A stretch of DNA of 64,000 bases, from NCBI GenBank assembly GCA_963763885.1, contig CAVXQD010000007.1, positions 559,919 to 623,918 on the forward strand. The letters are read 5' to 3'. Positions 45,847 to 53,836 of this stretch are shown here, in pieces. Each line of letters opens with the position of its first letter. The first letter of the stretch is position 1. Under the pieces are notes generated by a model, which was given only the letters and a program-made list of their open reading frames with translations, was not told the DNA's origin and ran no database searches. Source of the stretch: an uncultured Acidimicrobiales bacterium. GTDB lineage: Bacteria; Actinomycetota; Acidimicrobiia; Acidimicrobiales; JANYDT01. Made by a program: the position numbers and the translations under genes.

Positions 45847-45958
45847 CGCAGTTCCTGGGTTCGGGACCCGGAAGGGCTCGCCGTCAACACGAGCAGGCCC
45901 TCGAATCGGGTCGGCTGCTCGTGAGAAGTCGTTCGAACGACGTTCGGGTCACGGCGGC
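45847..45958 (-). promoter_or_regulatory. trp leader/attenuator region with alternative hairpins
   Basis: On the minus strand, GGCGGCC-GUA-GGCCGCC (45969..45953) spans the leader stop codon. Overlapping palindromes GTCGTTC/GAACGAC and CGAACG-A-CGTTCG lie at 45946..45928. A 9-bp stem CACGAGCAG...CTGCTCGTG lies at 45923..45888. AGGAA then sits 6 nt before the trpE ATG. Confidence 0.55.
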
Positions 45959-45991
45959 CTACGGCCGCCACCACCACGTCAGAACGTTCAT
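45959..45991 (-). CDS. trpL: trp operon leader peptide MNVLTWWWRP
   Basis: ATG AAC GTT CTG ACG TGG TGG TGG CGG CCG TAG, with AAGGTG 9 nt upstream. It has three consecutive Trp codons and lies 112 nt upstream of trpE(G). Confidence 0.7.
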   Translation of the reverse strand: MNVLTWWWRP

Positions 45992-46030
45992 GCGCACGAC
46001 GTCACCTTATCTCAGACAGAGCAGAGCATC

Positions 46031-46801
46031 TCAGACAGAGCGAAGGACGTCGAAGATGGCGTCGGTGTGTTGGGGCCGTGAGACGATGAACCCATCGACC
46101 CATGGATGTGCGTTGTTGTACGTGAGGCGGTTGCCGTTCACATCACGAACATCGCACCCGGCTGCCTCTGCCACTGCCGCAGGTGCGGCAGCATCCCACT
46201 CCCACAACCCGCCGGGGTTGAGATACACATGCGCCTGCCCGGTAACCACCGCAAGTGTCTTGGCTCCGGCGGAACCCAGTTGGTCCACCACGCCGCCAAT
46301 ACGTGCGGCCACCAGATCAGCTACCCACGGACGTCGGCTGCGGCTGACAAGGACAACAGGGGCCTTGTCCGACGGCGCGGGCGATGGCGCCCCAAGTGGA
46401 CGGTCGAAGCCAGGTTCTGCGGTGTTGCGAACCTCGTCGAACTCGGGCATGGAAACCGCCGCAGCCGTGAGGCCCACGCCGCGTTCCCACAGGGCGATGT
46501 GAACGGCCCAGTCATGGCGATGGGTGCGGTACTCCCGCGTTCCGTCGAGCGGATCAATGATCCAGACGCGGTCGGACAGGAGCCGATCACGATCATCCGG
46601 GGCCTCTTCGCTGAGAACGATGTCCGTTGGGCGGGCGAGGCGAAGTTCGTGCAAAAGGAAACGGTTGGCTACCGAGTCGCCTTCGTCGCCGAGATCCCAC
46701 TCGTCATAGCGCTTGCCCAACTTGGTGCGGGTTTCCAACAGCAGGGCACCGGCTTCCACTGCGAGCCGGGTGGCCAGCTCGACATCGGTCTCGGTGCTCA
46801 C
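46031..46801 (-). CDS. cysQ: inositol monophosphatase family / 3'(2'),5'-bisphosphate nucleotidase (CysQ-like)
   Basis: LSEE, WIIDPLDGTREY, and WEWDAAAPAAVAEAAG motifs. Confidence 0.75.
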   Translation of the reverse strand: MSTETDVELATRLAVEAGALLLETRTKLGKRYDEWDLGDEGDSVANRFLLHELRLARPTDIVLSEEAPDDRDRLLSDRVWIIDPLDGTREYRTHRHDWAVHIALWERGVGLTAAAVSMPEFDEVRNTAEPGFDRPLGAPSPAPSDKAPVVLVSRSRRPWVADLVAARIGGVVDQLGSAGAKTLAVVTGQAHVYLNPGGLWEWDAAAPAAVAEAAGCDVRDVNGNRLTYNNAHPWVDGFIVSRPQHTDAIFDVLRSV

Positions 46802-46856
46802 CCCACCAACCTAACCAGTAGGACGAGACCCCCTCGACCAGTAACGTAAACGGAAT

Positions 46857-47687
46857 ATGACATCTGCTGCCGACGAACTTCACGCGTTCGGCAACGCGGT
46901 GATGTTCTTTACTCGCATCCGCCTGCCGAAACGCCTCCGCTGGTCCGAGGAACTCATGCAGAAAGCCGCTGGATGGTATCCAGCGGTCGGCCTGATCGTC
47001 GGCCTCATCGCTGCAGGCGTCGCATGGATGACCCTGCGCGTGTTCGACCCAGCCGTCGCTGCGGCAACGTCCACCATCGTCACCCTTTTGGTGACTGGCG
47101 CCTTTCACGAAGACGGGTTGGCAGATAGCTGCGACGCATTGTTCGGTGCGTCGGAACCCACCAGGGTCCTCGAAATCATGAAGGACTCCCGCATCGGCTC
47201 GTTTGGCGCTGCGGGCCTGATCATGGTGCTGCTCACCAAGGTGCTCCTGCTGACCAGCATTCTCAGCACCGGCGTCAACGGCAGCGCCGCCGGCACCGGT
47301 GGGTGGCAACGTCAGGGAAACACGGTGATGGCCCTGGTGGTGGCTCACACTGTTTCTCGCGCGGCGTCGGTCAGCGTGCTTCGTATGTTGACGTACGTTC
47401 GCGCAAACGATCTCATCGGCGCAAAGTCCAAGCCGATGGCAACGCGGATATCTCTACCAAGACTCTCGTTCGCTCTCGTAACAGCTGCGCTTGTGGTTGC
47501 CGTGCTGGTTTCCCCTCGACGGATCCCCATGCTTGTCGGGCTCACCGCGCTCTCCACCGTCGCGTTGGCCGTTTGGTTCAAACGCCGTATCGGCGGCTAC
47601 ACCGGTGATTGCCTGGGCGCCGTCCAACAAATCACCGAGATCGTTGTTCTCGGAGTCCTTGCAGCGAAAGTGATCTCATGGAACTAA
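46857..47687 (+). CDS. cobS: adenosylcobinamide-GDP ribazoletransferase (cobalamin synthase)
   Basis: Polytopic membrane protein with the TGAFHEDGLADSCDALFG signature. Confidence 0.8.
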   Translation: MTSAADELHAFGNAVMFFTRIRLPKRLRWSEELMQKAAGWYPAVGLIVGLIAAGVAWMTLRVFDPAVAAATSTIVTLLVTGAFHEDGLADSCDALFGASEPTRVLEIMKDSRIGSFGAAGLIMVLLTKVLLLTSILSTGVNGSAAGTGGWQRQGNTVMALVVAHTVSRAASVSVLRMLTYVRANDLIGAKSKPMATRISLPRLSFALVTAALVVAVLVSPRRIPMLVGLTALSTVALAVWFKRRIGGYTGDCLGAVQQITEIVVLGVLAAKVISWN

Positions 47688-48292
47688 TGCTTGTCCGGCA
47701 CACTGAAGTCGGCGTCGACCCCGGGGTTGTCTACGGCCGTACCGATGTGCCATTGGCGCACACGTTTGAAACGGAACGTGTTGAGGTCGCCACGCGTGTT
47801 GCACGGTTCTGGCCAGAGGGCCCCACGTCCATCGTGGCCTCTCCGGCCACACGGGCTCGGTTGCTGGCCGAGCACCTGCACCAAACGCTTCCCTCGGATC
47901 CTCCCTTCACGTTCGACGAACGACTTCTCGAGATCGGGTTCGGTGCCTGGGAGATGCAACGCTGGAACGATCTGGATCGCACTGCGGTCGATGCATGGAT
48001 GGCCGATTACGCAACGGTCCGCCCTCCTCAAGGTGAGCTTGTCGGCGAGAACCTCACAGACCTTGCCGACCGAGTGGGGGATGCCATCAACGACGCAACC
48101 GAAGCCGGCAGCCACCGCACCTTGATCGTTTGCCACGGCGCGGTGATCAGGGTTGCGCTGGCAGTGTTGTTGCACATGCCGCTATCTAAGGCGTTCTCGT
48201 TGGAAATCGACAAAGGCTCAGTCAGCCGCGTTGGTTTCCGCGGCACAGGGGAAAATCGTCGCCCACTCATTCTTGGCGTCAACTACCGGTGA
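47678..48292 (+). CDS. cobC: histidine phosphatase family, alpha-ribazole phosphatase-like
   Basis: MELMLVRHTEV (RHG-type motif), SPATRARLLAEHL, LIVCHGAVIRV. Overlaps the cobS end by 10 nt. Confidence 0.65.
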   Translation: MELMLVRHTEVGVDPGVVYGRTDVPLAHTFETERVEVATRVARFWPEGPTSIVASPATRARLLAEHLHQTLPSDPPFTFDERLLEIGFGAWEMQRWNDLDRTAVDAWMADYATVRPPQGELVGENLTDLADRVGDAINDATEAGSHRTLIVCHGAVIRVALAVLLHMPLSKAFSLEIDKGSVSRVGFRGTGENRRPLILGVNYR

Positions 48293-48590
48293 CGCGAATT
48301 CACCTACTCCGTTAACTATCAGTGGATAGTAGAAGCACGTATTATACGCGGACTTACCAATTGTGCAAGATACCGACACAACGTGATCTGTGGCACATAT
48401 GGGTTCACAAACGGCCGACATGGTTGTAGTTTGAATGACGACCAAATCGGGCCCCTCTTGAGCCCGCATCCCTGACGACTTGTTCGTCTGTCGCCGCACC
48501 GCCGCTCTATGCCGGTCGGCACCTCTTCGAGTGACTGCCCGTTCGGGCAACTCCTCAGCCGTTGGCGACGTCTACCGACTTGGAGTTTCC

Positions 48591-49067
48591 ATGTTCCGCG
48601 TTCCACCCACCACCGTTTCATCAGCGACATCAGCACCAGCACCTTCCGCAACATCAGCAGCACCAGCACGTTTCCGTCGGATCGGCCGCATCGGTCGACT
48701 CAGCCTGTTGCTTGTAGGCCTCGTTGCAGGCGCATCGGCGCTTCCGTCCACCACCCCGTCCGCACAGGCCATGCGCCGCGTGCGTGCCCCCTATCCCCGT
48801 GTGGGGATGGCTCCGGGCATGGAAGCTGCCATCCGCAGCGCTTTTCCAGCAAAGCTGCACCGTGCTGCGCTCAACGTGGCGTGGTGCGAATCACGCGGCA
48901 AGGCCAACGCCCGTAACGGCCAGTACAAGGGCCACTTCCAGATTGGCCGCCAAGAATGGGCCCAGTTCGGCAAGGGCGGCAACCCGTATAACCCGTACCA
49001 CAACGCCGCAGCTGCCTACCGCTACTACAAGGTGGCAGGCTGGGGCCCGTGGGAATGCCGCCCCTAA
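48591..49067 (+). CDS. secreted lysozyme-like/transglycosylase-like (Rpf/SLT-type) domain protein
   Basis: A signal/TM segment (LSLLLVGLVAGASALP) is followed by VAWCESRGKANARNGQYKGHFQIGRQEWAQFG...AAAAYRYYKVAGWGPWEC. GGAG lies 7 nt upstream of ATG 48591. The preceding ~300-nt non-coding region is relatively AT-rich. Confidence 0.65.
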   Translation: MFRVPPTTVSSATSAPAPSATSAAPARFRRIGRIGRLSLLLVGLVAGASALPSTTPSAQAMRRVRAPYPRVGMAPGMEAAIRSAFPAKLHRAALNVAWCESRGKANARNGQYKGHFQIGRQEWAQFGKGGNPYNPYHNAAAAYRYYKVAGWGPWECRP

Positions 49068-50165
49068 TTACCAGGGAGCCGGAGGGTAGTACTTGGATAG
49101 CCCGCCGACGGCGACCACGTCGTCCAACCAGTTCCCATCGTATGGGCCCGTATCTTCTTGCATCAGGTCCCGCGGCGAGCCGTCTGCTGTGGTGACCAAC
49201 GACCAAGCCTGTCGCTTTGCGGCCCAGTTGTCTGGGTCCAGTTGGTGCGTAGCTCGCCAGCATTCAACCATCGCGTCGGTGTTGCCCATTTGTCGAAAAT
49301 GGTCGCCCAGCTCAAACGCGGCGGCGGCCTGAGACTGTGATTCCGTGAGGCCGGGCTGCTCCCCTGCTGGCACTTCGCCAGTCTGCACCCAACGCCGAAG
49401 CGCCGTTAGGTAAGCCTGGTGGCGATCTTCGCCTGCCTTCATCAGCTCGAATCGGGCAAGCACCCGCGGCGGTAGTCCGTCAGGGATTGGCCGGTCGCCC
49501 CAACCTGGCGTCACCGCCGATTGATGCGCTGCCAGCGCCACGGTTCCGTCGGCATTCACCCAAAGGGCCATTGGAACGTTGCGAAAGTTCAACGCGCCCA
49601 CGGTGCTATGCGCGCTGTCGATCAACGACAAACCAGCAGCTGCAAGCTCCGGTGCCTTGTCCATGTACGGGTGGCAGAAGGCGGCATCAACTTCGATCCC
49701 GATTGCAACCACGTCAACGTCGTGAGCCTGAAATTCCTGATGCATTTCCTGCCACACGGGCAGGTATTCACGGCAGCCTCACCACGGTGCCCATGCGTGA
49801 AGCACCATTCGCCGCTTGCGCGCCACAAGCGAGGCGAGTGTCACCGGGTTGCCGCTGCGGTCAGTCAGGGTGACCTCAGGAAGCGGAGCCCCGGTCAGCC
49901 CCAATGCCGACTCACCGTGCTCTGGACCAACGCTCACAACATCACCAGAGCGATAAGTGGCACGACTGGTAGCCGACGCCAATTGCTCGGTATCGAAACG
50001 GCCCTGGGCATCACGAGTCAGACCGGAAACCGGAATGCAACGGTCTCCGCTGCACCACCCCGAATCCTCCAGATGCCAGCCGGTCCCGCTTGTCCATTCG
50101 TCTGCAGAGACAGTCGTTGCAGTGATCATCCAGGGAGCTTGGCGCACGTGGGCCACGTGGACCAA
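49068..50165 (-). CDS. ResA/TlpA-like thiol-disulfide oxidoreductase with W-A-x-x-U-G-C motif (in-frame TGA, candidate selenoprotein) plus C-terminal helical domain
   Basis: Track ORFs 49779..50165 and 49068..49757 are in the same frame, separated only by TGA (49781..49779) and 7 codons: ...PLPEVTLTDRSGNPVTLASLVARKRRMVLHAWAPW-TGA-GCREYLPVWQEMHQEFQAHDVDVVAIG... This is the redoxin layout FWAxWCxxCRxExP with TGA at the first Cys. Start is TTG 50165 or ATG 50129. Confidence 0.6.
49748..49764 (-). other. SECIS-like hairpin downstream of TGA 49781..49779
   Basis: On the minus strand, CCUGCC-CGUGU-GGCAGG: a perfect 6-bp stem with a 5-nt loop starting 23 nt after the U of UGA and G at loop position 2. 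Same loop type (CGUGN) as the hairpin at 33045..33078. Confidence 0.5.
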
Positions 50166-50289
50166 CTCTGCACCTCAGATACCGGTCACTTCTCCCGAAA
50201 TCGTCACGAGACTTGCGCGAAACCGGGAGAAGTGACGGTTCGTTCCCCTGTGGACTACAGAGGTACCGCCGGATGGCCGATATGGCGGT

Positions 50290-51042
50290 GTGGACACCTT
50301 TGTTGATGACATTGCGCCCAAGGCTGAACCAGCGCCTGGCCAGGAGTTGGGTTCGTTGGCCGACGCCGTGCGTGCGTTGGCCGCAGCATCCCAAGCACAG
50401 TCAGAGGCGATGCTCTCACTGGCCCGGTCAACCGCCGAGTCTGTTCGGCTTGCCGCTGGTAGCTACGTGTTCCAGCTCCGAGACCGGTTCGATGAAATGC
50501 TCCCTCCCACCCAGGTTGGCGCTTCGGAGTCTTCGTGGGAAGTTGCTGAGTTCCCAGACGCGTTTGCGCAACTGGTATTCCATCCAGGCGACCAAGCCAC
50601 AGCCAACCTTCGTGTGGCGGTCAGCCAGAGCAATGTCCGGCGGATTGTGGCCGCCCGTTGGACCGAATTACCCGACGGGTGTGAGGCGGCCGAGATCGAC
50701 GTCGCGGCAGCATCGTTGCACCGCGATACCGATGGGAAGGTTCACCTGGACAACGACGTGTCGCTGTTCATCGATGCACCCTTGATTGTTTCCGTGGGTG
50801 ACTTGGACCCCGGCGTTTTTGTACGAACCGCTGTGCTCACCATCGAGGTGACGGACCACCGGCCCGAAGGCGCTGTGGCGCGGGTCGACGTGGAGATCAC
50901 GTTGGCAGCGGTTGTTGTGCCAGACGACGATGGCATTGGCCTGGACGGTGCACGCATCGAATGCATGGTCCGGCCAGAGCGCCGCACGTACTTCTTAGAC
51001 AAAGTGGAACGGCTGACTTTGCAGCTGCCCGACCTCCGCTGA
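50290..51042 (+). CDS. hypothetical protein
   Basis: 250-aa ORF (GTG start) with coding-like composition and no motif I recognise. Confidence 0.45.
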   Translation: MDTFVDDIAPKAEPAPGQELGSLADAVRALAAASQAQSEAMLSLARSTAESVRLAAGSYVFQLRDRFDEMLPPTQVGASESSWEVAEFPDAFAQLVFHPGDQATANLRVAVSQSNVRRIVAARWTELPDGCEAAEIDVAAASLHRDTDGKVHLDNDVSLFIDAPLIVSVGDLDPGVFVRTAVLTIEVTDHRPEGAVARVDVEITLAAVVVPDDDGIGLDGARIECMVRPERRTYFLDKVERLTLQLPDLR

Positions 51043-51076
51043 GACGGCCGCGCTCAGCCGAGCGCCTGCCTCACCG

Positions 51077-51934
51077 CTACTTCTTGAGGTCGAGCGACCG
51101 CAGTTCCTGAATACGCTCTGACAGATACTGGAACGCAGTCTTTTCAGGCGACAACTGCACGTTGTCTGCAGGGTGCAGAAAAATTGGCGTACTCATCCGT
51201 GAGCGGAATCGGCCGTCGCCTGCGGGGTTGACCACGCGGTGCGTGGTTGACGGGTAGTACCCCTCGGTTGCAAGTTGCAGCATGTCGCCGGCGTTGATGG
51301 CCATTGTGCCTGGGTCTGCGGAAACGTCGTGCCAGTTGCCGTCGAGGTCTTTGACCTGCAAGCCAGGTTCCGGCGAACCGGGAAGCACGGTGATCAAGTT
51401 GATGTCTTCGTGGGCCGCAGCGCGCACGGCACCGGGGTCTTCATTGCCGGTGAGCGGTGGGTAATGCAGGATGCGCAGCAGTGTGCGGGTGGAGTTGTCC
51501 ATCATCTTCGACAACGGCATCGACAAACGCCCTTGCACGTCTGCCGGGGTTCCTTCTTCAACCCAGTGCAACAGCTGCGTTGCAAGGGCCTGACCAGCAG
51601 CGCGCAGCTGGTAGGCCGCTTGGGAAACTTCCTTGGGGTACTTACCTTCGGAGTAAACGTGGAAGAACTCTTTGAGGTCTCGTTTGGTGTAACCCTTGGC
51701 GGTTTCTGAGACGTTGGGCGGGTAGTACCCGTCCTGGCCACCGTCCTCGCCGAATACATAAGCCTGCTTAGCATCTGACTGAAAGAATTCGTACCACTCC
51801 TTGTACACCCCGTTGACCAAGTCAACCGGGATTGGGTGGTTCACAAGGACCGCAAAGCCCGTTTCTCGGAGCGAACGTACGAACCGTTGGGCGGCGTCCG
51901 CAGCCTGATAGTCAACTGTCAGAACCTGCATCAC
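51077..51934 (-). CDS. 2-oxoglutarate/Fe(II)-dependent oxygenase (isopenicillin-N-synthase-like)
   Basis: AAHEDINLITVL (HxD), THRVVNP (distal His), RMSTPIFLHP (RxS). The ATG overlaps the copZ-like stop (ATGA). Confidence 0.8.
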   Translation of the reverse strand: MMQVLTVDYQAADAAQRFVRSLRETGFAVLVNHPIPVDLVNGVYKEWYEFFQSDAKQAYVFGEDGGQDGYYPPNVSETAKGYTKRDLKEFFHVYSEGKYPKEVSQAAYQLRAAGQALATQLLHWVEEGTPADVQGRLSMPLSKMMDNSTRTLLRILHYPPLTGNEDPGAVRAAAHEDINLITVLPGSPEPGLQVKDLDGNWHDVSADPGTMAINAGDMLQLATEGYYPSTTHRVVNPAGDGRFRSRMSTPIFLHPADNVQLSPEKTAFQYLSERIQELRSLDLKK

Positions 51935-52134
51935 GCAACCTCGAATCCTGCTTCGTCCACCGCTGCGGCAATTGCAGCGCGGTCTGTTGAGCCAACCACG
52001 GTGACCAGTTTTGTTTCAAGGTCAACATCGACGCTGACGACGCCGGGGATTTGGCCAACTTCCTGCTTCACGGCAGCCTCGCAATGCCCGCAGGTCATCC
52101 CAGGAACCGAGACCGTCAACGTAGGTGTACTCAT
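51931..52134 (-). CDS. copZ: heavy-metal-associated (HMA) domain metallochaperone, CopZ-like
   Basis: MSTPTLTVSVPGMTCGHCEAAVKQEV...VTVVG; 67 aa from ATG 52134. Confidence 0.85.
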   Translation of the reverse strand: MSTPTLTVSVPGMTCGHCEAAVKQEVGQIPGVVSVDVDLETKLVTVVGSTDRAAIAAAVDEAGFEVA

Positions 52135-52211
52135 ACCCTTGACGCTACCCCTCTGCCGGGAGTTCGGGGCCATGAACACGGCACTGTCGCTGCGACGTAC
52201 GCTTCTGAACA

Positions 52212-52724
52212 ATGAACCGCCGGGTCACCCTTGTCGATGCAGCGGGCAACCCGTCAGGTGAAATGGACGTTGTCCTGGCGCACACGTCGCCCGGCCATAT
52301 CCACATCGCGTGTTCAGCGGTTGTTTTCGGCCCCGGCGATACCGTCCTCATGCAGCGGCGCGCCGATCACAAACCCACGTTCGGCGGGCGCTGGTCCAAC
52401 ACCTGTTGCACCCATCCGCTTGCCGATGAACTTCCCCATCTCGCGGCACAACGGCGGATATACGAGGAGTTGGGGATCGGGGTGGAGCTTCGCCCCGTTG
52501 GCACGTTTCGGTATCGGGCCGAAGATCCGCTCACAGCCATGGTGGAACACGAGCTTGACCACGTCAGCATTGCAACCGTGGACACCACTGACGTTGCCTT
52601 CCGGTTGGAGCCAAATGAAGTAGCCGAGGTCCGGTTCGTTCCACTCACGGATGTGTCACTGCTTGACCTCACGCCGTGGTTCGACATGGTGATCCGGTTG
52701 GCACTGAGCGGACGTGACGCCTGA
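52212..52724 (+). CDS. idi: isopentenyl-diphosphate delta-isomerase, type 1 (Nudix)
   Basis: HIACSAVVFG...LMQRRADHKPTFGGRWSNTCCTHP...RRIYEELGI...EHELDHV. Confidence 0.85.
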   Translation: MNRRVTLVDAAGNPSGEMDVVLAHTSPGHIHIACSAVVFGPGDTVLMQRRADHKPTFGGRWSNTCCTHPLADELPHLAAQRRIYEELGIGVELRPVGTFRYRAEDPLTAMVEHELDHVSIATVDTTDVAFRLEPNEVAEVRFVPLTDVSLLDLTPWFDMVIRLALSGRDA

Positions 52725-53442
52725 AGTGACCCCGGGCCAGATTCCGCGTGCAGTGCCCGGCGAGGGCTCGCCGGTGCCGGAACAAGTCCTGGGTCTCATT
52801 CACCGTCGGTTGGAGTCTCGACGCCCAGTACTAGTCGGCGTGGCCGGACCGGTTGCCGTTGGCAAGTCCACATTCGCCAGAACGCTCGCCGGGGTGACAG
52901 GCGGAGTCACCCGTTCAACCGACGGCTTCCTGCTTCCCAACACGGTTCTTGAGGCCGCGGGGATTCTTTACCGCAAAGGGTTTCCAGAGTCCTACGACAC
53001 GGGACGGATGGTGCAATTCTTGCGTGATCTCCGAGACCAGTCGGTCATCGAGGGGCTGCACCGGTACTCCCATGAGACCTTCGATGTAGAGCCGGACCCC
53101 ACCGCGTTTGTCACGTCGCACGTTGTGATCGTTGAAGGTGTTAACACGCTGCAACCCGACTTTGCTCCACTGCTCGATGTGCGGATTTACCTCGACGCTC
53201 CCGAGCACGACGTCATCAGTTGGTACACGGACCGCTTCCGCTCGCTCACGCAGCTGGCACGGGAAACCGGCGAAGGTTTCTACACACGTTTCGTACCGCT
53301 GTCATCTGCCGAACTCACGGAGATGGCGCACAGCGTGTGGCACTCAATCAACGCACCAAACCTCCACCAGTTCATCCAACCAACGCGTGCTGCCGCCGAC
53401 ATCGTGGTTCATAAGTCCACAGACCACACCCTGTTTGTCTAA
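52714..53442 (+). CDS. coaA: type I pantothenate kinase-like P-loop kinase
   Basis: VGVAGPVAVGKSTFARTL (P-loop), DGFLLPNTVLEAAGILYRKGFPESYD, YSHETFDV, and VIVEGVNTLQ. Shorter at the N-terminus than the E. coli type. The GTG start overlaps the idi end. Confidence 0.7.
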   Translation: MTPEVTPGQIPRAVPGEGSPVPEQVLGLIHRRLESRRPVLVGVAGPVAVGKSTFARTLAGVTGGVTRSTDGFLLPNTVLEAAGILYRKGFPESYDTGRMVQFLRDLRDQSVIEGLHRYSHETFDVEPDPTAFVTSHVVIVEGVNTLQPDFAPLLDVRIYLDAPEHDVISWYTDRFRSLTQLARETGEGFYTRFVPLSSAELTEMAHSVWHSINAPNLHQFIQPTRAAADIVVHKSTDHTLFV

Positions 53443-53463
53443 CCATCGAGCACCCCACGCGGT

Positions 53464-53690
53464 CCGCTGCGTGGGTTGGCGGGTCCTGCCCCTTCCGTGG
53501 TCCCGCTGTGTGGGAGGCGGGTCCTGCCTCCTCCGGCCCCTTCCCACTGCGTGGGAGGCGGGTCCTGCCTCCTCCGGCCCTCCCACTGCGTGGGAGGCGG
53601 GTCCTGCCTCCTCCGGTTCCCTCCCACCGTCCTCGCTTCGCTGCGGGCGGCGGGGCCCTCCCTTCGGGTCACCCCCCTCCCACTCCGCTG
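53464..53690 (+). repeat. family-B repeat with 4 tandem 40-43-bp 5' subunits
   Basis: The subunit CC(R)CTG(Y)GTGGG(W)GGCGGGTCCTGCC(Y)C(Y)TCCGG... occurs 4 times. It is followed by the common 3' part CCACCGTCCTCGCTTCGCTGCGGGCGGCGGGGCCCTCCCTTCGGGTCACCCCCCTCCCACTCCGCTGG. Confidence 0.9.
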
Positions 53691-53793
53691 GTTTCCGTCC
53701 CCGCTTCACTGGTTGGTGGGTCTTTGTCGGGTGGTGGTGTGTTGTGGCTGGTTGTGGGGGTGTTTGGGAGCAAAAGAATCTTTGCAAAGTACT

Positions 53794-53819
53794 TCAATAC
53801 GAACACATGTTCGTATTGA
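53794..53819. promoter_or_regulatory. LexA (Cheo/SOS) box inside a 26-bp palindrome
   Basis: TCAATACGAACA-CA-TGTTCGTATTGA has perfect 12-bp arms. The core CGAACACATGTTCG (53800..53813) fits the Gram-positive/mycobacterial SOS box GAAC-N4-GTTC. It ends 17 nt upstream of the HNH gene ATG. Confidence 0.65.
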
Positions 53820-53836
53820 TGGTGTAGCATGTCTGT

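Noticed and set aside
46802-46856. Cobalamin riboswitch upstream of cobS
   Set aside because: The intergenic region is only 55 nt, far too short, and it lacks the B12-box.
48293-48590. c-di-AMP (ydaO-type) riboswitch upstream of the Rpf/SLT-like gene, as seen for some actinobacterial cell-wall hydrolases
   Set aside because: I could not find the conserved ydaO blocks (for example GGGGUGAAUC, CCGAAYCCG, CAGCUAACC) in the ~300-nt leader. Only a small palindrome, CTATC-AGTG-GATAG, is present.
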